Origin: Candidatus Micrarchaeota archaeon
GTDB lineage: Archaea > Micrarchaeota > Micrarchaeia > Anstonellales > Bilamarchaeaceae
DNA: 64,000 nucleotides
Assembly (NCBI GenBank): GCA_043816005.1
Contig: JBDRIM010000041.1
Location: 1-64,000, forward strand
Direction: 5' to 3'
Shown here in pieces: positions 1 through 10,794 of the stretch. Positions within the stretch are counted from its first letter, which is position 1; every line of letters begins with the position of its first letter. The translations under genes and the position numbers were made by a program. Below the pieces are notes generated by a model. That model had not been told where the DNA came from. It ran no database searches and worked only from the letters and a program-made list of their open reading frames with translations.

Positions 1-98
1 GTACAAGTAACTATTCTTTCCTTCTTATCGGCGCTCTCCTTATCTCTATTCCATCCCCATTTTTGTCTCTAAACGCAGTCATAACAACCTGGTCTTTA

Positions 99-380
99 TC
101 ATTCCAGCCTAGTTCTTTGGCCTCTTTCGTAACAAATAGAGCGTACCCAGTAGCGAAGCTCATCCATAAGCTTTACCCTACGTGCTGCTCTAACCTTGCC
201 CGTAGATAGCATATAACGGTCAAAAGCGAGGATGGTCGTCCTCTGATCTTCCAACATATCCGTCTTCATATAATTTTTGTTCGACCCTGGTATTACTCTT
301 GTTTGAACTAACCTTCTCTTTGCAGCTTCGATATCATTTCCTTCTACCATTATCTCAATCTCTCCAGATACCGTCCGCAC
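99..380 (-). CDS. hypothetical protein (93 aa)
   Basis: ORF only, no recognisable motif; an overlapping ~50-aa frame (MSFATGYALFVTKEAKELGW...) follows toward the window start. Confidence 0.3.
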   Translation of the reverse strand: MRTVSGEIEIMVEGNDIEAAKRRLVQTRVIPGSNKNYMKTDMLEDQRTTILAFDRYMLSTGKVRAARRVKLMDELRYWVRSICYERGQRTRLE

Positions 381-424
381 CAGCGTGCATATTTAAAACC
401 CACCTAACCTCATTACTTAACGAC

Positions 425-643
425 GGGGTCATGGGCTAACCTGGTAGACTATCGCCTTCGGGTCCAACTTTTTGGAAAAAAGTTGGTCAAAAACTGGTTG
501 TTGAAAAACCCATCCGGGTTTTTAGGTTTTTTAAACCATTTTTTCGAGCTTTGGCAAGAAAAAATTAGCAAGCGCGTTTTTGGTCCTTTTTACTAAAAAG
601 GACGGAAAAGGCGGTGATCTGAGTTCAAATCTCAGTGACCCCA
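425..643 (+). tRNA. tRNA-Pro(CGG) with 146-nt intron (463-608) at position 37/38
   Basis: Acceptor GGGGTCA/TGACCCC, anticodon arm TCGCC-TTCGGG|A-GGCGG, T arm CTGAG-TTCAAAT-CTCAG; exon TTCG pairs with intron CGGA plus AA bulge (BHB-like). Confidence 0.9.
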
Positions 644-708
644 ATTTCAGCAGAAATTTGTGGGCCATTGACAAAAAGTCAATTGGACCCCATTTTATTT
701 TTAAAAGA

Positions 709-1968
709 TTATTTATCCAAATTTGCTGCAAACATCTTAAATTTACATTCTGAACTGTGCATATAATAATTGCCAAATTCTTTACCTTCCATATCTATGT
801 CACGCCTAAACCAACAGCCATAGACAAGTGCATTTTTTGGATCAGTAGATTCAACAATTCCAATTTCTGCTTCCAACAACTTATATCTAAATGTTTGTTG
901 GGTGGCAACCACCGTTCCTGGTGATCCATCTCGAAACTGTGCAACTTTGTCTTCTTTTGTAATCCAATTTTCACCAAGAATAGTTACTCTTTTTGGCATT
1001 TCTTTAGGATATGCTTTTTTGTACGCATCAAGGAAAAGTTTTCTAAGTTCTTCTTTATCATTGCCCTTATAACTATCAGCAGACATTCGCCTTTCTTCTA
1101 ATATTTTATCGTAAACTACCTTTGCCTTAACTATAACTTCATTTACTTGTTTAGATAATGCCAATGTTTCTTCGTCTTTTTCATTTATTTCTAATAATCG
1201 ATCAAGATCGCCCCTGATATTATCCAACCTAATAACGGATGATTCAGTTAAGTCTGATTCGATTTTTGGAACATCTTCTTTCATTTTTTTCAATTCCCGC
1301 TGCCTAACAGTAGTATATACTGTGTTGGCATAAAATGGAATAAGTGAAATTCTATCTATTATAGTCATCAATTCCCATTGTCCATTTGCAGCACAGTAAA
1401 TTACAAATGTGCCTGGATCTGGAGAAACAGAAGCAAATTCTTTCATTTTTGGAAGAATATCTTGATTGTATTTCTTAAGTATACTAAATACTTTTTGTAT
1501 ATCATCTGATCGAATTTCTTTATTCATTTTTTTTATGTCTTCATACGTAGTGGTATACCCATAGATTCTGTTTTTATTCTCTTTAAGATAAGCGATAAAT
1601 GCACTAAGATCTTGGTTTGGATCTGTTGTTTTCCACAACTGCATACTAACTGTGTATAAACCATCGTTTTTTGTCTTGAGATCTGCAAGCTGAGGATTGG
1701 TCGCTAATTTGGCTGAGTATAATGGTAAGAATCCTTTATTCTCGACTAAAATATTTGGATTCTGACCTATTTCTTTGAAAATTTGTTCTTTTACACCGAC
1801 AAGAAAACTAAACCAATCATTCATGAAGCCAAGGATCTGAAATTTAGCAGATTCATTATCCTTTTCGTTCATTAGTTGCATTGCAAAGTTTGTCCTATCC
1901 CAAAATATTGTTTTTTCTTCAGATGTCATAGTAATAACCTCAAATAGATCAATTTGATTCACTAACAA
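709..1968 (-). CDS. hypothetical protein (likely start MTSEEK)
   Basis: 419-aa ORF, no family recognised. Confidence 0.7.
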   Translation of the reverse strand: MLVNQIDLFEVITMTSEEKTIFWDRTNFAMQLMNEKDNESAKFQILGFMNDWFSFLVGVKEQIFKEIGQNPNILVENKGFLPLYSAKLATNPQLADLKTKNDGLYTVSMQLWKTTDPNQDLSAFIAYLKENKNRIYGYTTTYEDIKKMNKEIRSDDIQKVFSILKKYNQDILPKMKEFASVSPDPGTFVIYCAANGQWELMTIIDRISLIPFYANTVYTTVRQRELKKMKEDVPKIESDLTESSVIRLDNIRGDLDRLLEINEKDEETLALSKQVNEVIVKAKVVYDKILEERRMSADSYKGNDKEELRKLFLDAYKKAYPKEMPKRVTILGENWITKEDKVAQFRDGSPGTVVATQQTFRYKLLEAEIGIVESTDPKNALVYGCWFRRDIDMEGKEFGNYYMHSSECKFKMFAANLDK

Positions 1969-2040
1969 AATTTAAAAGTAGTTTGGCTGGTGTTGATTGA
2001 ATAAAATTCACTTTATTAAATTTACTTCTGTAAGTTCACT

Positions 2041-3099
2041 ATGCCAATCAAACAAGTTTTTCAAGGTAAAGTTAATTACCTTCAGATTTTAGATAAAGAA
2101 GGCAACCTAGATCCTACTCTTGATCCAAAACTATCAAACGAATTATTAGACAAAATGTATCGTTCGATGATTCTTGCTAGAATGTGGGATAAAAAATGCA
2201 TTGCACTTCAAAGAACTGGGAGAATGTATACCTACCCTCCATTGGAAGGACAGGAAGCAGTTATCGTTGGTGCATTACTTGCATTAGGAAAAGAAGATTG
2301 GTTCTTCCCAACTTATAGAGAGAGTTTTGGTTATTATCTTAGGGGAATTCCTCTTGATATGATAAATATAGGGTGGATGGGCATAGAGGACGGACTTAAG
2401 CTAGATAGAAAAACGAATTCGTTTCCATATGCAATACCAATTGGAACTCAACTTACGCATGCTACAGGTGCTGCCTATGTACTCAAAACAAAAAAATCAG
2501 CGGTTTTGGCATGTGGTGGGGATGGATCAACAAGTGAAGGAGATTTTCATGATGCATTAAATTTTGCAGGCGTATTACAAGTACCATGCGTTTTCCTTAT
2601 TACAAATAATCAGTGGGCAATTTCAGTACCAAGAAAATGGCAGACAAAATCAGAAACTATTGCACAAAAAGCACTTGCTTATGGATTTGAAGGAATTCAG
2701 GTTGATGGAAATGATATTTTGGCTGTTTTTCAAACAGTCAAAGATTCTATTGAAAAAGCAAAATTAGGTGGTGGACCTTTACTGATTGAAGCAGTAACGT
2801 ACAGAATGGGAGCACACACAACTGCAGATGATCCAACAAAATATAGAAGTAATGAAGAAGTTGAATATTGGAGAGAACGTGACCCAATAAAGAGACTAAA
2901 AAATTATATGAGCAAAAAAGAATTGTGGAATGAAAATTATGAATCTGAGATTGTTACATGGGCCACCAAACTCATCGAAGAAAGCGTGCAGAAAGCCGAA
3001 GCACATAAACAAGATCCAAAAGACATGTTCAGATTCACATATGCAAATATGACCAAAGACTTGCAGGAACAAATGAAGGAATGCTTTGAGGGGATATAA
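2041..3099 (+). CDS. pdhA: pyruvate/2-oxoacid dehydrogenase E1 alpha
   Basis: TPP motif GDGSTSEG...NNQWAIS; YRMGAHTTADD loop. Confidence 0.92.
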   Translation: MPIKQVFQGKVNYLQILDKEGNLDPTLDPKLSNELLDKMYRSMILARMWDKKCIALQRTGRMYTYPPLEGQEAVIVGALLALGKEDWFFPTYRESFGYYLRGIPLDMINIGWMGIEDGLKLDRKTNSFPYAIPIGTQLTHATGAAYVLKTKKSAVLACGGDGSTSEGDFHDALNFAGVLQVPCVFLITNNQWAISVPRKWQTKSETIAQKALAYGFEGIQVDGNDILAVFQTVKDSIEKAKLGGGPLLIEAVTYRMGAHTTADDPTKYRSNEEVEYWRERDPIKRLKNYMSKKELWNENYESEIVTWATKLIEESVQKAEAHKQDPKDMFRFTYANMTKDLQEQMKECFEGI

Positions 3100-3158
3100 A
3101 TGAGATCGTGTATGATGGGGATGGAAAACCCCATGGCTAATGGCGTGGAGGGTTTTCA

Positions 3159-4133
3159 ATGAAAATGAATATGGTTGACGCAATTAATGCATGCTTAAAA
3201 CAAGAGATGGAAAGGGATCAAAACATTCTTGTTCTTGGCGAAGATGTTGGTGTTGATGGCGGTGTTTTTAGAGTAACTGAAGGACTTTATGAAAAATTTG
3301 GAAGAGAAAGAATAATTGATACCCCACTTTCAGAATCAGGGATAATAGGAACTGCGATAGGTATGGCAACATTGGGATTACGACCAGTTGCAGAAATTCA
3401 ATTCCAAGGATTTGAGTATAATGCCTATCACCAGATTGTGCAGCATGCAGCAAAATTAAGAAACCGCACTCGTGGAAATTTTACTGTTCCGATGATTGTT
3501 AGATTACCATGCAGCGGTGGGATAAGAGCATTGGAACACCATGGTGAAAGTTTGGAAGCAATTTACCTTCACATTCCAGGTATCAAAGTAGTTTATCCTT
3601 CATCACCATATGATGCAAAAGGTCTTCTTGCTGCGTCTTTGAAAGATGAAGATTGTGTTCTTTATTTTGAACCAAAACGACTTTACCGGGCATTCAAAGA
3701 AGAAGTTCCAGAAGAAAGATATGAAATTGAACTTGGTAAGGCAAATAAATTGAAAGAAGGGAATGATATAACACTTATTTCATGGGGTGCAATGACATAT
3801 GTTAGCAAAGATGCAATTGAAGAAGCTGAAAAACAAAAAATTTCAGTAGAGCATATTGATTTGCGTACACTTGCACCATGCGACTGGGATATGATAATTA
3901 CGTCAGTTAAAAAAACAGGCAGAGCAATTGTAGTTCATGAAGCAACCAAAACAATGGGATTTGGAGCTGAGATAGTAACAAGGATAATGGAAAACGCATT
4001 TTTAAGTTTGGAGGCCCCAGTAAAAAGAATAACTGGATGGGATATTCCAATTCCATATCCAAAAACAGAAGAATATTATTTTCCAGATAAGAATAGGATT
4101 TTGAAAGGAATTTTGGAAACTGTTAAATTTTAG
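3159..4133 (+). CDS. pdhB: pyruvate/2-oxoacid dehydrogenase E1 beta
   Basis: GEDVGVDGGVFRVT, DTPLSE, DLRTL motifs. Confidence 0.92.
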   Translation: MKMNMVDAINACLKQEMERDQNILVLGEDVGVDGGVFRVTEGLYEKFGRERIIDTPLSESGIIGTAIGMATLGLRPVAEIQFQGFEYNAYHQIVQHAAKLRNRTRGNFTVPMIVRLPCSGGIRALEHHGESLEAIYLHIPGIKVVYPSSPYDAKGLLAASLKDEDCVLYFEPKRLYRAFKEEVPEERYEIELGKANKLKEGNDITLISWGAMTYVSKDAIEEAEKQKISVEHIDLRTLAPCDWDMIITSVKKTGRAIVVHEATKTMGFGAEIVTRIMENAFLSLEAPVKRITGWDIPIPYPKTEEYYFPDKNRILKGILETVKF

Positions 4134-4144
4134 GGGGATTGTAC

Positions 4145-5371
4145 ATGGTAAACGAATTTAAATTTCCTGATGTTGGTGAAGGTATTCACGAAGGAGTAAT
4201 TGTAAAATGGAGAGTAAAAGAAGGAGATAGTGTAACAGCAGACCAAATAATTGTTGAAGTTGAAACAGACAAGGCAGTTGTAGAATTGCCATCGCCATTT
4301 ACTGGAACCATACTTAAGACAAATTTTAAGGAAGGAGAAACAATACGTGTGGGCCAGATATTAGTAGTGGTAGGTGAACCTGGTGAGAGTATAACCCAAT
4401 CTCCAGAAGCAATAAGAGCAGTTATGACACCTTCGCCATCTGCAGTTGAAAAAAGGCCAGATGGGCATGTACTTGCAACTCCATCAATAAGAAAACTCGC
4501 ACGTGAACTAGGGGTTGATTTGTCAGATGTTCATGGATCTGGACCAGGCGGAAGAATAACTGAAGATGATGTACGTAGTGCACCTAGTGGTACTCCAATC
4601 AAGAATGATAAGATTAGTGAAACACCAAAAATTGAAAAAAATGACAGTCCAGAAGTCGTAACCAATGAAGGGGATCAAATAATCCAATTAAGCCATATGA
4701 GAACGATAATTGCTGAGAGGATGGTATATTCGAAAACACACATACCTCATGCATGTGGAATGGATTATGTAGATGTAACAAAACTTACTGAACTTAGAGA
4801 AAAAGAAAAGAAAGCAATTGAAGCAAGAGGAATCAAACTCACTTACCTGCCATTTATTATCAAATCATGTGCAATTGCGCTTCATAAATATCCTCATTTC
4901 AATTCACATTTTGATGAAAATAAAAATGCACTTGTTATCAAAAAACAGATTAATATAGGAATAGCAGTTGAAACTCCAGAAGGGCTAATGGTACCAGTAA
5001 TAAAAAACATCGATAAAAAATCAATTGTTGAAATTGCACAAGAAATCGAACATCTTGCAGCAGCTGCACGTGACCGTAAAATAAAGTTAGAAGATATCAA
5101 AGGTGGAACATTTACAATAACAAATGTTGGGAGTGTTGGTGGATTTTATTCTACACCGATAATAAATCCACCCGAAGTTGCGATAATGGGAGTTCATAGA
5201 ATAAAGGATTTGCCACTTGTGATCAAAAATAAAATTAGAGCAAGAAAAGTTATGGGGATTTCATTATGCTTTGATCATAGGGTAAATGATGGAGCAACGG
5301 CAACCGAGTTTATGAATGAAGTTATGAAACATATTGAAGATCCAGATTTAATGCTTGTGGATATGATCTAA
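4145..5371 (+). CDS. pdhC: dihydrolipoamide acyltransferase E2
   Basis: Lipoyl domain ETDKA, E3-binding GSGPGGRI, catalytic FDHRVNDG. Confidence 0.92.
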   Translation: MVNEFKFPDVGEGIHEGVIVKWRVKEGDSVTADQIIVEVETDKAVVELPSPFTGTILKTNFKEGETIRVGQILVVVGEPGESITQSPEAIRAVMTPSPSAVEKRPDGHVLATPSIRKLARELGVDLSDVHGSGPGGRITEDDVRSAPSGTPIKNDKISETPKIEKNDSPEVVTNEGDQIIQLSHMRTIIAERMVYSKTHIPHACGMDYVDVTKLTELREKEKKAIEARGIKLTYLPFIIKSCAIALHKYPHFNSHFDENKNALVIKKQINIGIAVETPEGLMVPVIKNIDKKSIVEIAQEIEHLAAAARDRKIKLEDIKGGTFTITNVGSVGGFYSTPIINPPEVAIMGVHRIKDLPLVIKNKIRARKVMGISLCFDHRVNDGATATEFMNEVMKHIEDPDLMLVDMI

Positions 5372-5440
5372 AAAGGACCCAGGTCCTTTTTGAATCTCCT
5401 TAGTTGGGATTCTAAATTGATCCCTCAGAGGTGAACCAAA

Positions 5441-6841
5441 ATGGTTATGGGAGAATTAACAACAAGAGTTGATGTTGCAGTTATAGGCAGTGGTCCTGGT
5501 GGATACACGGCTGCAATCAGAGCTGCACAGCTTGGACTGGAAGCCGTGCTTATTGAAAAAAATAAAATAGGCGGTTGCTGTACAAACGTTGGCTGTATAC
5601 CATCAAAAGCACTTATCCACGCTGCAGATGTCAAATATGATGCTGAGAATGCTGCGGCAATGGGTATTGAATGTGAAATAGTATTGGATTTTGCAAAAAC
5701 ACAGAAATGGAAAGAAGGAATAGTGGAAAGATTACGTAACAGCATCAGCATGCTTTGCAAATACAATGGAATTGAAATAGTGCATGGTAAGGCAAGATTC
5801 TTATCATCGCAGAAGTTGTCAGTACAAACAGAACACGGAGTACGTGATATTGAATTCAAAAACGCAATAATAGCAACCGGTACAGAGATAAAAGAATTGC
5901 CAAACCTTCCATATGATCATAAAAATGTTCTTGATTCTGATGACGTTTTCAATCTTAAAGAATTGCCTAAGAAACTGATCATAATTGGCGGAGGTTATAT
6001 CGCAGTTGAGATGGCTTCTATTTTTACTAAATTCGGATCATCAGTGACAATTGTTTATAGAGGTCCAAGACTTTTGAAAAGAATGGAACCAGAAATTGGA
6101 AATTCTTTAGCACAAAAAATGAAAGAATTGGGATGTGAAATAATATTCAACAGTGATGTGGAAACAATTAATGGAAATTTAGTTGACATAAAAACTCCTG
6201 ATGGCAAGAAACAACTTGAATTTGACAAAATACTCGTAACAACGGGGAGAATACCAAATTACGATGGACTTGGACTTGAAAATACTAAGGTTAAGATCAA
6301 TAATGACCGTATCAATGTTGATTCGACAATGAGAACTGATGATGAAAAAATATTTGCTATTGGAGATATAGTTGCTGGCCCACAACTAGCCCATAAAGCA
6401 TTCAGACAAGGGAAAGTAGCAGCAGAAGTCATTGCAGGGCAAAAAAGTGCATTTGATAATATAGTAATACCTTCTGTTGTATTCTCTGAACCTGAAATTG
6501 CGACGGTTGGACTTTCTGAAGAAGAAGCAATCGAACAGAAATATAAAGTTAAAATAGGAAGAATGCCATTTTCTAGTTCTGGAAAGGCAAAAACAATGAA
6601 TAAAACAGATGGATTTGTCAAAATTGTTGCTGACGAAAAGAATCTAATCCTTGGAGTGCATATTATAGGTGCAGGAGCAGAAGATATTATTGCTGAAGCT
6701 GCAATCGCAATAGAAATGGGTGCAACTTTAGAGGATTTGGCTTTGACGATTCATGCGCATCCAACATTGCCAGAATCATTGGCTGAAGCTGCTGAACAAG
6801 CACTTGGAAAGGCCATCCATTTGTATAAAGAGAAAAGGTAA
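5441..6841 (+). CDS. lpdA: dihydrolipoamide dehydrogenase E3
   Basis: GSGPGG FAD site, CTNVGCIPSK redox disulfide, HAHPTLPE. Confidence 0.95.
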   Translation: MVMGELTTRVDVAVIGSGPGGYTAAIRAAQLGLEAVLIEKNKIGGCCTNVGCIPSKALIHAADVKYDAENAAAMGIECEIVLDFAKTQKWKEGIVERLRNSISMLCKYNGIEIVHGKARFLSSQKLSVQTEHGVRDIEFKNAIIATGTEIKELPNLPYDHKNVLDSDDVFNLKELPKKLIIIGGGYIAVEMASIFTKFGSSVTIVYRGPRLLKRMEPEIGNSLAQKMKELGCEIIFNSDVETINGNLVDIKTPDGKKQLEFDKILVTTGRIPNYDGLGLENTKVKINNDRINVDSTMRTDDEKIFAIGDIVAGPQLAHKAFRQGKVAAEVIAGQKSAFDNIVIPSVVFSEPEIATVGLSEEEAIEQKYKVKIGRMPFSSSGKAKTMNKTDGFVKIVADEKNLILGVHIIGAGAEDIIAEAAIAIEMGATLEDLALTIHAHPTLPESLAEAAEQALGKAIHLYKEKR

Positions 6842-6842
6842 T

Positions 6843-7880
6843 ATGTCAGAAACTCGCTTAGAAGACAGTCACAAAAAAGGCAAAATAACGTTTAGCGAAG
6901 CTGCCCTAAAACAGTACAAAAAGAGCTATGGGATAGTTGGCAATCACAGTGGAGTGCAAATATGCTTATGGAATAGAAAATCGATCAAAGGCCATCGTGG
7001 CTGCTATAAAGTCAAATTTTATGGGATAGATTGTCATCGTTGTGCTCAAATGTCACCTGCACTTGCCTGGTGTAATGAAGGATGTATATTTTGCTGGCGG
7101 CCAATGGAGTGGATGAAAAAAACTAAATTTGAAGAAAGTGAAGTAGACGAACCAGATTTGATAATTGCAGAAACAGTGAAAGAAAGAAAACGGCTTTTAT
7201 CTGGGATTGGCGGTGCAGAAAAAATTGATAAAATAAAATTTGAAGAGGGATTCAAAAAATTTCCATCTCATTGGGCAATTTCTCTTAGCGGTGAACCAAC
7301 AATTTACCCTAAATTAGCTGAAATGATAAAACAATTACGAGATAACAAAGAAGTAAAAACAATTTTTATAGTTACAAATGGACAGGAACCAGATCGTTTG
7401 CTTGAATTAGTTAAAAAAGACGCACTTCCAACTCAACTTTACATTTCTCTAGCAGCATCAAATGAAAAAGAATTCAAAAAAATAAATCGAAGCGTATACA
7501 AAGATGGCTGGGAGAGATTAAACAAATCATTAGAACTAATGGCTACCCTCCCCTGCAGAAAAGTAATTCGTTTAACCATAATCAAAGGAGTTAATGATTT
7601 TGAGTCGATGCTGCCTGAATACGCAGAACTTATTGAAAAATCCAAAGCTGATTTTGTTGAAGTAAAATCATATATGGCACTTGGCTTTTCAAGAAAAAGA
7701 CTAGGACCAAAACATATGACCTATCCTGAGTATTTGATGCCGTGGACTGAAGAATTAGTTGAATATATGCCAAATTACAAAATTATAGATGAGGATACGC
7801 AATCGCAAATAATTTTATTAAAGAGAAAAGATTCGAAAGTGGAAAATCTGATAAGAAAGCATGATATAGGCAATAAATAA
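6843..7880 (+). CDS. taw1: 4-demethylwyosine synthase Tyw1/Taw1 (radical SAM)
   Basis: CYKVKFYGI, CNEGCIFCWR, ISLSGEP, FVEVKSY; start placed at MSETRL. Confidence 0.9.
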   Translation: MSETRLEDSHKKGKITFSEAALKQYKKSYGIVGNHSGVQICLWNRKSIKGHRGCYKVKFYGIDCHRCAQMSPALAWCNEGCIFCWRPMEWMKKTKFEESEVDEPDLIIAETVKERKRLLSGIGGAEKIDKIKFEEGFKKFPSHWAISLSGEPTIYPKLAEMIKQLRDNKEVKTIFIVTNGQEPDRLLELVKKDALPTQLYISLAASNEKEFKKINRSVYKDGWERLNKSLELMATLPCRKVIRLTIIKGVNDFESMLPEYAELIEKSKADFVEVKSYMALGFSRKRLGPKHMTYPEYLMPWTEELVEYMPNYKIIDEDTQSQIILLKRKDSKVENLIRKHDIGNK

Positions 7881-7904
7881 AAGGTTTACACTCTTTTAAA
7901 CTTC

Positions 7905-9959
7905 ATGAAATTAATAACAAATTTCTTAATTCTTTTGTTAGTGCTAACGGGTATTTTTCTTAATGGTTGCCTAAAACAAGATGGTTTGGAGGATAATCAA
8001 ACTAATATACAAACACCAGCTCAGAACAATACGGTTGTGCAAAATTTGTCAAATAATACCGATGCACAATCTTTGCAAGGTAATGTAACAAATAATGCAA
8101 CCATACAAAAAAATGAAACGATGGACAATGGGAATACAGAGGGAAATGATACCATTCTGACAATCAACATCCCTACTGCCATAGAAAATAATTGTGTTGG
8201 ATTTCTAATAGGTGATGATCATGAAATGGAGAATATAAGATTAATTGGCGCTGCATGGGCAAGACCACATCCAGGACCATTCGTATGGGGTTTCATAGAA
8301 CGAGTTCAAGGGTCTTATGATTTTTCCTATACTGACGAATATGTAAAAGAAGCCCAGAAAAATAATATTTCGCTGCTTGTAACAGTTTGGCCGTTTGCAG
8401 ATTGGGATTTGCAGGATCATCCGGAATGTCGAGTTTCTTATAATGACGTATTTTATCCAAGAAAAGGGATCAACGATGGATTACCAATATTCAGGTGCAA
8501 ACCAAATAACATGGAATTATATAAGAAATTCCTTTCAGTTCTTGTTGAAAGATATGATGGCGATGGACAGGATGATATGCCAGGACTGATAATACCTGTA
8601 AAATATTGGGAGATTTCAAATGAACCGGAAATGAAATCTGACGAATTAACATTTTTCTTTGGAGATGAGGATGACTATCTCGAAATTCTTAAGGAAAGCT
8701 ACCAAACAATAAAACAAAACTGTTCTGACTGCAAAGTAGTTCATGCAGGTGCAGCAGGAAGCGATGAATCTTCATTATTATTCTGGGGAAATGTTTATTC
8801 CAAAGGTGGGACTAATTATTTTGATATTGCGAACACTCATTTTGTTAGTTTTGGGGATGAAGAAACTTTAAATATAAAGAATTTCCAGTTTCTTCTGAAT
8901 GAACATAATATTGATAAGCAATTGTGGTTAACCGAAGCAGAGTTCAAAGATTCAAATGTAGATATAAAGAGCTCTGTAAAAGGCGCGTTTGATGCAGGTG
9001 CAGATAGGATATTTTTTACTGGTTTTAAAGTTGGCGGCCATGATCCAGTAGGACCAGGTAAATATAGCCAAGTATACAAAGAAATTGTTGCACTATGCCC
9101 TAATGTATCTATCAGTACAGTAGAACAAATTTCTGATATCGATGTTACTAAACTAAATTTTACTGTGATTGAAGAGGCAGGGACGCGCGTTGTTGGTGGT
9201 ATTCCATTTGCGTATAAATTAGACAATGGAAACACAATTTTATACTATTGTAATGGTGGAATAAAATCGTCTATTTCAGAAGATGGAGTGGTATTTGCAA
9301 ACGAAACAGCTACAGGCATTAACGATGGCTGTGATCCAACAATTGTAAAAAACTCAGATGGAAAAATAAGAATGTATTACAAATGGTCAAGCGGGCCTGG
9401 AGGTCCAGGTCAGGCAGTACATAAAATTTATTCAGCTATTTCAGATGATGGTATAACATTCCAAAAAGAAGGCATAATAATAGACTCACAGAATTCAAGT
9501 GACAATGGCTGGGCCTCAGTACCCGAAGCAATAAAATTAGCAAATGGCAACGTAAGAATTTACTATGTTTCCGGAGACCCGCAAGCTGAAGGTGGAACGA
9601 TGTCGGCAATATCTAGCGACGGTTTGCATTTTGAAAAAGAAAACGGAGTGCGGATGAAAGGAATTTTTGTTGACCCTGCAATAACAATTTTACCTGATGG
9701 CAGATACTGGTTTCTACTAGTACATCATTGTGTACCAGGAAAAGGATCGTGTGGTGGAGAAAACGGAATTTATAGTTTCGTTTCAGATGATGGATTAATT
9801 TTTAGTGGGAAACAACTTCTCTATCATTCTGATGATCTTATCGATCCAACAATAGCTAAGATAGATGACAGCACTTACAGAATTTATTACTGGAGCATTA
9901 CTACGCCGGATGAAGAGTCATATGTTAAGAGTATTTTGGTTAACATTCAAAATATCTAG
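7905..9959 (+). CDS. secreted lipoprotein with glycoside hydrolase TIM-barrel and C-terminal beta-propeller
   Basis: Lipobox-like FLNGC; clan GH-A motifs WEISNEP and LWLTE; repeated SxDGxxF Asp-box motifs. Confidence 0.65.
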   Translation: MKLITNFLILLLVLTGIFLNGCLKQDGLEDNQTNIQTPAQNNTVVQNLSNNTDAQSLQGNVTNNATIQKNETMDNGNTEGNDTILTINIPTAIENNCVGFLIGDDHEMENIRLIGAAWARPHPGPFVWGFIERVQGSYDFSYTDEYVKEAQKNNISLLVTVWPFADWDLQDHPECRVSYNDVFYPRKGINDGLPIFRCKPNNMELYKKFLSVLVERYDGDGQDDMPGLIIPVKYWEISNEPEMKSDELTFFFGDEDDYLEILKESYQTIKQNCSDCKVVHAGAAGSDESSLLFWGNVYSKGGTNYFDIANTHFVSFGDEETLNIKNFQFLLNEHNIDKQLWLTEAEFKDSNVDIKSSVKGAFDAGADRIFFTGFKVGGHDPVGPGKYSQVYKEIVALCPNVSISTVEQISDIDVTKLNFTVIEEAGTRVVGGIPFAYKLDNGNTILYYCNGGIKSSISEDGVVFANETATGINDGCDPTIVKNSDGKIRMYYKWSSGPGGPGQAVHKIYSAISDDGITFQKEGIIIDSQNSSDNGWASVPEAIKLANGNVRIYYVSGDPQAEGGTMSAISSDGLHFEKENGVRMKGIFVDPAITILPDGRYWFLLVHHCVPGKGSCGGENGIYSFVSDDGLIFSGKQLLYHSDDLIDPTIAKIDDSTYRIYYWSITTPDEESYVKSILVNIQNI

Positions 9960-10007
9960 TCAAATGATATGAGAAGATAATAAAAGATTTGTCTTCTTTA
10001 ACTTTCT

Positions 10008-10793
10008 ATGGAAGATTTGGTGCTATCTATTGCTAAACCAAAAATACTAGTACTAATTTGTCTTATTCTTGCAGTAAATTATGCATCACAAACTGACGTA
10101 ATCGCCATAAATATAACTAGCCTTGAAAAATTAGTGGATGTTACAACTGATTTCAATTTTGCCAATTTATTACCAAATAACGAATACAGCACAGATATTA
10201 TGATTAGTTGGGCAGTGCCAGACAGTGCTCTTAGGAACATAAATAAAAAAGAAGTGTATGTTTACGTCAATGTAAAACAGAAATATGATGACACACCAAT
10301 CTTGTTTCAGAAAGGAAATTACACATACAAACAAATTTACCTTGCACTTCGCTGCGTGATCGAAAATGGAACATGCGTAAACGGATCAGTGTTGCAAGAT
10401 AATTTTAAGGTAAAATGGACACTTTTGGATAATGTAGCCTTGAACGACGCAATAGTTATAACAGCAAGCACAACTCTGAATATGACTGATGAGATTTATG
10501 AGAAGAAAAGTATACTTGAAGCAGAAATCGCAAATTTAGAAAATTTTTCTGTAATGAATGATAGTGAAAACTTAGAAATAAAGGAACTGTTAGATGGAGC
10601 AAAAGAAGATCTGGCATTGTTACGTATTGATGATGCTAATCAAAAACTAGAAAGTGTAGATGAGATCATTAGAAGGTCAAATAGCTACTTGGATGTAGAG
10701 AACGCCATACTAACACAAGATTTGTTGGTGCCAATTATAGCAGTTTTAGTTGTTTTGTGTGGAGTATATTTTTTCTTGAGACCAAGAAAATAA
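10008..10793 (+). CDS. membrane-anchored hypothetical protein
   Basis: N-terminal signal and C-terminal TM plus basic tail. Confidence 0.6.
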   Translation: MEDLVLSIAKPKILVLICLILAVNYASQTDVIAINITSLEKLVDVTTDFNFANLLPNNEYSTDIMISWAVPDSALRNINKKEVYVYVNVKQKYDDTPILFQKGNYTYKQIYLALRCVIENGTCVNGSVLQDNFKVKWTLLDNVALNDAIVITASTTLNMTDEIYEKKSILEAEIANLENFSVMNDSENLEIKELLDGAKEDLALLRIDDANQKLESVDEIIRRSNSYLDVENAILTQDLLVPIIAVLVVLCGVYFFLRPRK

Positions 10794-10794
10794 A

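Noticed and set aside
531..776. Small ORFs over tRNA/intron regions (also 20540-20722, 20941-21186, 49901-50119)
   Set aside because: They overlap tRNA genes; the FFxKK-type translations come from the hairpin repeat
5425..5859. Antisense shadow ORFs (also 8837-9235, 29435-29944, 32051-32701, 60331-60813)
   Set aside because: They lie opposite well-conserved genes
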